Shown here one piece after another: positions 8,844-17,985 of a stretch of 25,429 bases of DNA. Position 1 is the stretch's first letter. The number at the start of each line of letters is the position of its first letter. A model generated the notes under the pieces. It was not told the origin of the DNA. It was given only the letters and a program-made list of their open reading frames with translations, and did no database searches. Source of the DNA: Craspedostauros australis. Taxonomy: Eukaryota. Position numbers and translations under genes: made by a program. The stretch covers positions 62,001 to 87,429 of the forward strand of contig JALAGF010002407.1 of NCBI GenBank assembly GCA_030167865.1. Direction: 5' to 3'.

Positions 8844-10349
8844 TTACGTTTTCTTTTGTTTCTGCTTCTTCTTGTCCTTCTTTTTCTTCAGCTTCTTCGC
8901 CTGCGATACCAGCTGCCTTGCCTTCTCCACCTCATTGGGGTCCATCATCTCCTTGGGGGTCTCCCTCCGCTTCTTCGATGATCGCTTGTCATCGCCGCTG
9001 ATCTCGCGTTTGTTTGATTTGTTCTTGCCATTCTCGTCATCGTCATCATTCTCGGCGTCGCTGTCGTTTTCATCATTGCTGTCCAGATCTCCGGGCACAA
9101 CGTCGATGTTCTCCTCGTCGGCACCGATGTCGGAAGCTTCTTCCGCCATGATACTATCATCGTACCAAACGGCCAGGGCGGTGATTCTGGCTCCAGTCCC
9201 CAACCGGACACTGTCAATGATGTCAACAGCAAGCTCTTCTTCCGCATCCTCGTCCTCATCGCTTTCATCTTCATCATCTCCTTCATTGCCATCTCCAGTA
9301 CCGCCTCGCTGTCTTCCATCCGCAGCTTCTGCATCAACGTCGTCTGCATCATCGCCCATCATCATGCGCACAGCTCCCGACAGATCCATGAGGCTGACCA
9401 CGCCGGCGCTGTTGGCCGTGACGACATGGTACCCGGAGGCATACGCGACGCACTTGAATCTTTCTTCTCCAGCAACCACGTTATCCACAGGCTCGATGGC
9501 CATGATGGCCCTTCTGTTTTCGTCGTTGCTGTCCTCCACCGCCAGCACCGGCAAGGAACCATCGTTGCAGGCAGCGACGACGAACAGGCCATCGGGGCCA
9601 GCCATGAGGCAAATTTGGTTTATCCGGCTTGGCAGATCGACGTCGAGCAGATCCTTGCCGGATGCAACCTCCCTGACGGTGATGTGCGCGCCGTACGCCA
9701 CGGCGTAGAAATTGCCATCTTCCGACCACACCATGCTGCTGACGGGGCTGTACTTGGTGCGCCCGCCACGCGTCGATACGGGATTGAGCTTGGCGACGAA
9801 GGCCAAGCGGCCCTTCGTGAGATCCCACAGCTTGAGCTTGCCATCCGCCATGCCGCCCGTCAAGGCCAGCTTGCCCGTCGGATGCACCGCCAGCGCACCC
9901 ACGCCGCCGTCATGACCGGCCAGAACATGCTGCACGGACCAATCTCGCTTCTTGTAAATCGCCAGCTTCCCCTCCGAAAAGCCGATGATACAATGCGTCG
10001 ATTTGCGGCGCGGCGGAGCGTACGAACTGCAGATGGGGGTGCCGAAATCGCTGGGCGTGCGGACCTCGCCCGACGACGTCATGCGCTTGTGCCACTCGTG
10101 CGTGCGCAGGGATTCATCGTAGCCCGACGACAGCAGGGAACCCGCGGCTGTCGAGGTGGGCGACGTCGTGAGGCTGAGGCTGCGCACGCTGCCGGAATGC
10201 ACGGACGTCGCAAACTCCAGCTGCAACGCCTTGCGGCCGCGGGAACCCTTCGTGCGTCGCTTGTCGGGTGCCTTCGTGGGGATCTTGAACTCCCATCCGG
10301 CCACAACGCCATCGTACGTTCCGGCTGCGATCGCGAGGGTGGACAGCAT
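8844..10349 (-). CDS. MAK11: WD40 protein, MAK11/PAK1IP1-like 60S ribosome biogenesis factor, 501 aa
   Basis: N-terminal IAAGTYDG..GW; GHDGGVGALAVHPTGKLALTG...KLWDLTKGRLAF and C-terminal TGARITALAV match family hallmarks; acidic tracts and a Lys-rich nucleolar-type tail. Confidence 0.8.
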   Translation of the reverse strand: MLSTLAIAAGTYDGVVAGWEFKIPTKAPDKRRTKGSRGRKALQLEFATSVHSGSVRSLSLTTSPTSTAAGSLLSSGYDESLRTHEWHKRMTSSGEVRTPSDFGTPICSSYAPPRRKSTHCIIGFSEGKLAIYKKRDWSVQHVLAGHDGGVGALAVHPTGKLALTGGMADGKLKLWDLTKGRLAFVAKLNPVSTRGGRTKYSPVSSMVWSEDGNFYAVAYGAHITVREVASGKDLLDVDLPSRINQICLMAGPDGLFVVAACNDGSLPVLAVEDSNDENRRAIMAIEPVDNVVAGEERFKCVAYASGYHVVTANSAGVVSLMDLSGAVRMMMGDDADDVDAEAADGRQRGGTGDGNEGDDEDESDEDEDAEEELAVDIIDSVRLGTGARITALAVWYDDSIMAEEASDIGADEENIDVVPGDLDSNDENDSDAENDDDDENGKNKSNKREISGDDKRSSKKRRETPKEMMDPNEVEKARQLVSQAKKLKKKKDKKKQKQKKT

Positions 10350-10399
10350 GTTGCGAGCGCGTGCGAGCGTGTGCGAGTGCTTGTTTGCCTTAGACCAAT

Positions 10400-10429
10400 C
10401 TACTCTGCTCTATTCTACTCTATTCTACA
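10400..10429. repeat. Degenerate pentanucleotide repeat (CTAYT)n upstream of the WD40 gene
   Basis: ctact ctgct ctatt ctact ctatt ctaca. Confidence 0.6.
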
Positions 10430-12447
10430 CATTCCTTTGTTCACCAACCTCCAGAGATGACGCTGATGTCCAAGCTGATGTTGACGCTGATACTTGGAGC
10501 ATGAATGTCGATGCCATTCCAACCAGCGCTACGAGCGCACATCATCCAATCGAAGACAGATCCTCTTTCGTTGGTTGCGACAGCGTGAGGCTTTGTGTTT
10601 GTTGGCGTTCGAATCCCCATTTCGGGAAACGAGAAGCAGGAACTTTTTGGTTGGTTGTGGTTGAACAGTACAAGAGCCTAATAGAAATAACAAAACGTGA
10701 TGTGCGACAAGTCGTGGTTCGATCACAAGGAGAGATGCGCGAATGCAAAGGGACTTGATGACGTCATGACAAAAGAAAGGAACGCGCACAGGCTTGCGGA
10801 CAAGAGTGACGCATCCGATAGATATGAAAGACGTTATTGTGAACGTTTCCCCACAATGACACAGAGCCCTACGGGCTCGCGTAAAAAACTGAATTTCCAA
10901 AATGTATGACTGGCTGTCTCGCACCGTGTTGTTCTGAGTTCGGTTGGGCCATCTTGCGTCATGCGGACCGGCCGTTCCAAGCAAAGTTCGGCCAATGATG
11001 AGGGTAGTTTGTGGGTTGGCACGCTGATTGGTTGCCGTTCGGGAGTTTTTTTTTCTGCGTGGGCGCCGCGTCTTTCTTCTGCTTTGTGCCCTTGGTCATG
11101 TCTGTGTCGTGGTTTGGTTGCACGAGGAATGGAGTTGCGTGGTTGAGACCTCGCGGATAATACGAAAAGTCGCGCCGTTGCCGTGGCGGCAAAAATGCGA
11201 CCGACCCTGTGTGCGGGCAAGAGCAAGCATGGCGGTTCGGCAACAACAAGAAGAGGTCCAACAAAAGGCGAAAAGCCATCAGAGAGCCAACAAGCGAGTG
11301 ACTGCATCGTTGAGTACGCGTACATCCTCCACGAATCGGTACAAACTGGAACATCACAGCAGAAACTTCGCAGCCTTTGTGTTCATTGGCGCGAACGGCT
11401 GGAACAACAACAAAGACAAAAACGCAACCAAACACGAACAGTATCCTGTGCCACTCCTTGCTGTGTGCCGATGCTCACCAGTGTTTACTCGCACAACAAC
11501 AACATCAACAACAAAAGCAAGACCAAGAACAACACAAGCCTTGGCATCAGCATCAGCATCAGTTTCATAGCAAAGCTCACGACCAAGACCAACACGAAGT
11601 CCTCATCCACAACAAGAGGAACGAAACGGCATCGTCAGACCAACCCTTACTGGCACCAAGCACGCGAACAAACAAGCAACCGACAAAAGGAGGAAAGAAG
11701 CAAAAGCAGGCCTCAGCTCAAGCTTCCGTTCTGTTGCTCATTGATACACGCACACACCAATACACACCAACACACAACGATACACCATCAAGACGCTGCC
11801 TTGATCAGTAGCTCGTATCATACCAAGCAGACTCCGACAAGGCTCGTGTTCCGTTGTATTATTCATCTTCGCCCAACAGTGTAGAAGGTGACTCGGTGCT
11901 GCAGACATAGTCGCACCAGTAATCGCAACAGCCACAAGTCCCAGAGCAGTCATTGCATTGACCCTTAGCAACACAGCTCGCAGGTCGCGGAAGCCCTTTC
12001 GTGCAACCAAGACAGCAATAGCAATAGAGTAGCAGCAGCAGCAGCAGCAACTGGCCACAATCTGAACTCGAAACGTGGAGATCAAAGAGAGTGCCACCGG
12101 ACAAACGCCAACGACACGACGCAGCAAGGCAAAAGCAAAAGAGAACAGAAAGCAACGGAAACCGCAGAGCGGCCAGGAATCGTGCGAGTTTCGCTCTTGC
12201 AACGTTGGAACAAATCTTCGACAGCAACAGCGATACTGACAATTCTCAACCTTTCCCATCTCTCTTCAAGGCAGTACGAACGAAAGCCTTCGCGATTCAG
12301 ATCGTGCGCGTTTGATCCCAGAGCACCACCCACGAACTGCCTCGACCCGCGGTCTGTGCGCATCGTGCAACCACCACCGCAATAGCATTCTCGACTATCC
12401 ATCGTGAGGGGAACAGCAGAAGCAACCCAAGGAGCAAACACACCAAC

Positions 12448-14346
12448 ATGAGGTTCCAACTGGACCAAGGCCGCGCCAACGGTGGCAGCAACGGTGGCAA
12501 CAGCAGAAGACACTGCCATGCGCAACGGCAATACTACAGGCAGCATCAGAGACAGCACGTGCCGGATGAGTCTTCCACTGACGAGGAATCCACCATGGTC
12601 AACACACCTTTGATGCCAATGTCCCAAGCATCGCAGCCTGCGGCTCCGGCCGAACGAAACATCATGCAACACTCATACGGCTTGCGCGAGGGTACCACCG
12701 CATTCTTACCAACCACCAACGTCAACTTCGACGACAGTTGCAGTTCTGGCGACTGCATCAGCATCACCAGCAGCAGCAGCGACAGTCAACTCAGTTGCCC
12801 ATCCACGGACGAGGCCATCTCCCAGCCGCTTCACCATGCCCAACACAGCTACCGTCAACACCAACAGCAACACCAACAGCGCCACCAATCCAATACGCGT
12901 AAACAGAGATCCACTTCGTTAGATGTGCTTGCGTACGCAGCTACGGCGGCGCAATCACACCAGCAACTGCACTCGCTGGCCCATCAACCAACTCAGGATC
13001 CTAGCAGATGGTTGGCCCGCGAGGATAGCCTTGACTACTCATACGATACCGACACGCTCAAGCACGATGCTAAATGCATCCCCCGGATTGGTACCACCGC
13101 AACCAACAATAACAACAACATGGATGCCAATGATCCAGGCATCGACCATGCAGAGGCATTGAACGCGCTTTGGCGCATACTCTTCCAGAGGTCTCCAAGG
13201 TCAAAGACGTCGCCCTCAATGCTGTCCCTGTCCTCAGCGTCACCACCATCATCATCATCATCGCAGGCGGGCAAAACAACCAGATTCCGACTGCCGGCCA
13301 CCAGGGTCATGCGAATTATAGGCATCACCATGCTTGCGTGGATGTGCATCGCGTTCTGCATCATGTTCCAATGCACAGGTTGGCTCACGCAGATCGGCAT
13401 GCTCGACGCCACCACCATCAGGCTCGGTCAGAAGGTCCTGCAAAGGTCGTCCGGTTCGAAGACAGCCGTCACCATGGGTTCTCCGCTGGTGCGCTCCACC
13501 ATCCCCTTGCCGCTCCCCAAACAGAAGGTTTCTGTCATCCTCATGAACTACAGCCGACCGCGCATGATCCGCGACTCCTCCATGATGCGGACGCTTCTGT
13601 CACATCCCAGCATCGACGAGGTCCTCCTCCTGCACTCCAACCGAAAGACCGCGTTCGAGTTCGACCACCCCAAGGTCGTCAACATCGATGCAATCGAGGA
13701 GAACGAAGAGATGGGACTCAGCCTGCGCTTCTACTTCTGCCAGCTGGCCAAGAATGATTGGGTCCTGCACCTCGACGACGACATGGAGTTCACGTCTGCC
13801 GCTCTCGATGAGATGCTCATCGAGTACGGTCGCAACCCACGCCGCATCGTCGGTCGGTTCGGAAGGAACCTGCAGCTCGAGGATCCCACCAACACCTTCA
13901 ACGGCTACAGCTCCACCAGCACGCACAAGTCAAGCGAAGTCGTCCTCACCAAGCTCATGGTCATGGAGCGCGAGACATGCAGCTCATTCTTCCAGTACTC
14001 GCATCTGCTGTGGGACGACGTCGTCCTGCACGACGGCGAAGGTCCGCTGTGGAACGGGGAGGACATCTTCATGTCCCTCGTCGCGAATCACATCTACGGT
14101 CCACCGGCCGATGGCCGTCCCTTCAACAACTACGCCATGGATTGGCTCGACGTCTGGCAAGCCGATGATTCGCTCAAGGACTACAACAACGGAAAGCTGG
14201 ATATCAGCGGCGGCCTCAAAGGACTCAACCTCCTCGACTGGAAGTGGTGGCAGACGCTCTTCCGCCGCAACCGGCATTACTCGTACCGCGGCCAGCTCTG
14301 GCAAACCGCCAAGGAGCGATTGGCTGGTCTCGTTGAACCCAAGTAA
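12448..14346 (+). CDS. Glycosyltransferase family 64 (EXTL2-like) type II membrane protein, up to 632 aa
   Basis: Single TM (IIGITMLAWMCIAFCIMF) followed by GT64 motifs VSVILMNYSR, LSLRF, WVLHLDDD (DxD), IVGRFGR, VVLTK, NGEDIFMS. Long low-complexity N-terminus; true start uncertain. Confidence 0.8.
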   Translation: MRFQLDQGRANGGSNGGNSRRHCHAQRQYYRQHQRQHVPDESSTDEESTMVNTPLMPMSQASQPAAPAERNIMQHSYGLREGTTAFLPTTNVNFDDSCSSGDCISITSSSSDSQLSCPSTDEAISQPLHHAQHSYRQHQQQHQQRHQSNTRKQRSTSLDVLAYAATAAQSHQQLHSLAHQPTQDPSRWLAREDSLDYSYDTDTLKHDAKCIPRIGTTATNNNNNMDANDPGIDHAEALNALWRILFQRSPRSKTSPSMLSLSSASPPSSSSSQAGKTTRFRLPATRVMRIIGITMLAWMCIAFCIMFQCTGWLTQIGMLDATTIRLGQKVLQRSSGSKTAVTMGSPLVRSTIPLPLPKQKVSVILMNYSRPRMIRDSSMMRTLLSHPSIDEVLLLHSNRKTAFEFDHPKVVNIDAIEENEEMGLSLRFYFCQLAKNDWVLHLDDDMEFTSAALDEMLIEYGRNPRRIVGRFGRNLQLEDPTNTFNGYSSTSTHKSSEVVLTKLMVMERETCSSFFQYSHLLWDDVVLHDGEGPLWNGEDIFMSLVANHIYGPPADGRPFNNYAMDWLDVWQADDSLKDYNNGKLDISGGLKGLNLLDWKWWQTLFRRNRHYSYRGQLWQTAKERLAGLVEPK

Positions 14347-14946
14347 AGGCAAACGCAGGCAGCAAATGAGTACTCATAATAGTCAATCAACCTTTTTGTT
14401 ATCAACACTACAGCTACGAGTTGAGCAGACTGGGGTATTCGTGTTGTACGAATTAGGCAGGGACAGCATCGGCATTGCGACGCTTGTTGTAGTAGGGAAC
14501 TGTCAGCATACGCATGGTACACGCACTGGTAGCTAAACACAACGTTTGTAGTCTGCAAACCTCGTTGGAGAAAGACAAGTATGCTTGCAGGTGAAGGTAA
14601 AATTGTTCCTTTCTATTATTGCTGTCTCGGATGCACTACTCTTGTCATCAAATCAATCATCGATTGATCTCACATGTTCCTTTGATTCCATGTCCATGTG
14701 TGTATGCATTCATGCATGTGGAAGTACTTGATTGCATTCTTATTCGATGTTTCTTTGTCTGTTCAGTTCATGAAGAGCCCATCTCACGATTCATGCCGGC
14801 ACTTGGTGGGATTGCTGATGCTGGTGGTAAAGCCTTTCTCTTTGGTCACCTGCAATCGTATGCATCAGTACGAGCTAGTCTTGGTTGTACTCGTACATTG
14901 GCATTCAATATCCGCTCGCACATCAGCACCGCCATCCTCAACCGCT

Positions 14947-15911
14947 TCAGTTCTTGCTCTTCGACCTGCAAAACACACGACCATCTTCATCCAAAGTAAT
15001 CTGAAAGGCTTCCGCATCCAGAGGCTTGTCGCCATCCGTCGCGGTCTTGGCCAATCCGTTGACGAATCCGGCCAATCCCTTGCGTTTCAATTGCGGACCC
15101 AACCGTCCTGTGCGCATCGAGTACGTCGTGCCGCAGGTCGGGCAGGCAATGCGTGGCGTCTCCTCCCATGCGGGATCATCCAGGCCGATCAAATCACCCT
15201 TCCACAGGTCGAACGCGCAACGCGGGCACTCGCCTTGGATGGCGTAGAAGGCGCCTTCGACGTTGGCGCATGCCATCGTGACTTTCTCACCGAATTCCCA
15301 GCCTTTGACGGAACCTGTTGTGCATCGTGTCGCGTTGAGAGGTTGGGTCATGTTTTTGGGATTGTGTGTGAGTGATTTGAGGGGTGAGCACAAGTATGCA
15401 CGTAGTTCATTTCATGATTCGTGAGTGTCAACATAGTAAGAGCGATCCAAACAGGATGGAGGAATGAATGTTAGCCCATGCACATCAACATTCAACAAAT
15501 GGAAGCCATGCCGGGATGATGCATATGACCACATAGAATAGTGGGATGGCATGTCAACCCACACCCACACCGGCACAAGCCAAGCTTCTGGAGTCTTGGT
15601 TTCTCTTGCATCGCGCTCTTGCATCATGCTCGTACCGCGAAGAGGAACAATTCTGCCGTACCTTCGGCTGGGAGAGTAACTCCCGTGATTTCCTGTCCCT
15701 TGCCCCGATTCATCGCATTGACACTTGAGTTGGACTTTTTGCTGGAGACGGATTCGCCGGACAGAGTTTTCTTGAGCTTGCCCTTGCCTCGTCGTCCCAT
15801 CATGACGAGCGAGAATGCGTGGCATTGCTGCACTTGCTGTGCCAGCTGCACCACCACCAGAACTGCGAGCAGCGATAGGCACAGCGACAGCGTTCGAGAT
15901 TGAGATCGCAT
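14947..15911 (-). CDS. Plastid-targeted Rieske-ferredoxin-fold protein with CxxC-x24-CxxC ligands; two exons, complement(join(14947..15314,15662..15911)), 205 aa
   Basis: Exon 1 encodes a signal peptide (LSLCLSLLAVLVVV...CHA|FS, ASAFAP-like with Phe at +1) and a basic transit peptide. A phase-1 GT-AG intron joins GAA G|GT TCC in frame to exon 2: NVEGAFYAIQGECPRC..DLWKG.L...IACPTCGTTYSMRTG...FQITLDEDGRVFC. Confidence 0.8.
15315..15661 (-). other. Spliceosomal GT-AG intron, 347 bp
   Basis: Donor GAAG|GTACGG at 15661 and acceptor CAACAG|GT at 15315, with a CTCAAC branch-like sequence ~20 nt upstream of the acceptor. Removal joins two ORFs in frame into one coherent protein. Confidence 0.75.
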
Positions 15912-16356
15912 GATTCTCGTTTTATTTGAAGTCACTCGATCGAGGGGTTGGACTGAAGGTGTCGCCTGGAGGGATCGTGGACGCCTTCGTTGTATGGAAG
16001 CGTTGTATGCTACTTGTATGGTTCTCTGCTGCAGCCCTCGATAGTGGACAAATGGAATGAAAGACTACAACAAAGCCAACAAAGCCAACAAACAACAACG
16101 ACGACGTCAAAGAGATGAGGTGTGTCACGATCATGGGAGGTGCGTTGTCCACGAAAGACGAGAAACCGTCATCTTGGTGGAACGCTTGTGTTGAACTTGT
16201 CGGAGTGACGTAATCCGTGAATGAAAGTCCAGGGAATCCCGAGTAATGACGACGAAATCCAAACCACAAACCACAAACCAAACAAGGCGAACGAATGCAC
16301 ACGAACACACCCACCAACCCATCGGTGGACATCTGCAGACAACATCCATACTCTCA

Positions 16357-16382
16357 GAGTATGAGTACGAGTACGAGTACGA
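16357..16382. repeat. Hexanucleotide tandem repeat (GAGTAC)n in the divergent Rieske/COQ5 spacer
   Basis: gagtat gagtac gagtac gagtac ga. Confidence 0.75.
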
Positions 16383-16536
16383 AGAGGAACAGAGTGACAG
16401 CGAGTGTATCCGTATCGTAGATTAGAGGACAGCCCCACAGCAGCCTCATCAACAGCAGCAAGTGTGCAGAGCAGTCAAAAAGACAAAGTCGTCGTTGTTC
16501 GCGTTCGCAGTACAATCACACCCTTCATCACCAACC

Positions 16537-17607
16537 ATGAACAGAATCCTTTCGCCTGCTTCGGCAAGGTCATTGTGGACGCAATCGCAGCCGCTGGCTC
16601 GAAGGCTTCAAGCATCGCCTTGTGCTTCGCTGTCATCGTCCACAAGAACCGCCAGCACCACAAGCAGCAACGGTCAGGATTCATCACCAGCATCGGCATA
16701 TATTTCGGGCGACACTACCCATTTCGGATTCGAAAACGTGGGCGTCGACGAAAAGGAAGGCAAGGTCCGCGAAGTCTTCGAGAATGTCGCTGATTCCTAC
16801 GACGTCATGAATGACTTCATGAGCGCTGGATTGCATCGGGTGTGGAAGGATTACTTGTTGGACTTGTCTTCAGTTCGATCCATGGCGCAAGTCGTCAACC
16901 AGCAACAGCAGCAGCAACACAGTGTCACCAATGACGCGACCGCGAGCATTCCGCTCAATCTCAAGATACTGGATGTGGCCGGTGGGACCGGTGATGTGGC
17001 ATTTCGATTTGTGGACGCAGCAGGATTGGCAGGGCAGCAGCAGCAACTGCAACAGGAACCACAAGGGCAGGTGCAGGACGACCCGCCGATCTCAATTACT
17101 GTCTGCGACATCAATGCCGAAATGCTTCGCGTCGGCGAGAAGCGCGCAAGGGAGAAGTACGGATCGCACCTGCTCGACACCACGAAGGGCCTTGCCTTCG
17201 TGCAGGGCAACGCGCAAGATCTGCACCAGTTCGAAGACAACACATTCGATCTCTACACCATCGCATTTGGGCTGCGCAATGTCACGGACGTCGACAAAGG
17301 ACTACGCGAGGCATGCAGAGTGCTGAAGCCCGGTGGCAGATTCATGTGTCTGGAGTTCTCGCAAGTTCCTAACCCCATGTTCCGTCAAATCTACGATCTC
17401 TACTCCTTCAACGTCATCCCGCAGATGGGACAGTTCGTCGCTCACGACCGTGATTCGTACCAGTACCTCGTCGAGAGCATCCGCAAGTTCCCCCCGCAGG
17501 ACGAACTCAAGCAGAGAATGACGAACGCAGGTTTCCAAATGTCAAAGTATACCAACCTGACGGGAGGCATCGTCGCCATCCACGAAGGCTGGAAACCGCT
17601 GGAATGA
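16537..17607 (+). CDS. COQ5: Ubiquinone biosynthesis C-methyltransferase COQ5 (UbiE family), mitochondrial, 356 aa
   Basis: THFGF..V...EK..KV..VFENVA.SYDVMND.MS.GLHR.WKD, LDVAGGTGD, DIN..ML..G, FDLYTIAFGLRNVT, LKPGGRF.CLEFS, SYQYLVESIR.FP, NLTGGIVAIH.G.K. First ATG is 16537, followed by an S/R/A-rich presequence. Confidence 0.95.
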   Translation: MNRILSPASARSLWTQSQPLARRLQASPCASLSSSTRTASTTSSNGQDSSPASAYISGDTTHFGFENVGVDEKEGKVREVFENVADSYDVMNDFMSAGLHRVWKDYLLDLSSVRSMAQVVNQQQQQQHSVTNDATASIPLNLKILDVAGGTGDVAFRFVDAAGLAGQQQQLQQEPQGQVQDDPPISITVCDINAEMLRVGEKRAREKYGSHLLDTTKGLAFVQGNAQDLHQFEDNTFDLYTIAFGLRNVTDVDKGLREACRVLKPGGRFMCLEFSQVPNPMFRQIYDLYSFNVIPQMGQFVAHDRDSYQYLVESIRKFPPQDELKQRMTNAGFQMSKYTNLTGGIVAIHEGWKPLE

Positions 17608-17985
17608 GGTGGCTCCCCGCTGGCAGATGATTGCGCGAAGAATGATCAGGCCCACTTGTGGTAGACTGGGAATTGTATCAACAAGAAAGCGGCTACAGAA
17701 CATACATGATGCGGTCAGTCATATCATTCTCCACACTTCTGATGCAAACTGTAATCACGAACAACTTTGGAGTACTCGCAATGTTTTGAAGTCGGTGAAG
17801 GCCCCCGCGCTGCACGTAGCAAAAAGCAAACGATGCGCTTCTCGAATTCCAGTAGGGACTGGTACGAGTATGCTAGCTCGATGTATCTCGTGGTCTAATG
17901 GCATCGCCATACCATGCTTTACTCGTATTACTCGCACTAACCGTTGCTGTTAAACTATGTGCCGAGTCAACGAACCACTTCATGA

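Noticed and set aside
8872-10460. Long + strand ORFs (278 aa, 344 aa) opposite the WD40 gene
   Set aside because: Antisense shadows of a GC3-biased, low-complexity CDS; Ser-rich and without motifs.
10834-12672. Overlapping 120-230 aa ORFs on both strands in the long spacer
   Set aside because: Produced by T-poor CAA-rich sequence; non-ATG starts in several cases and no codon bias or motifs.
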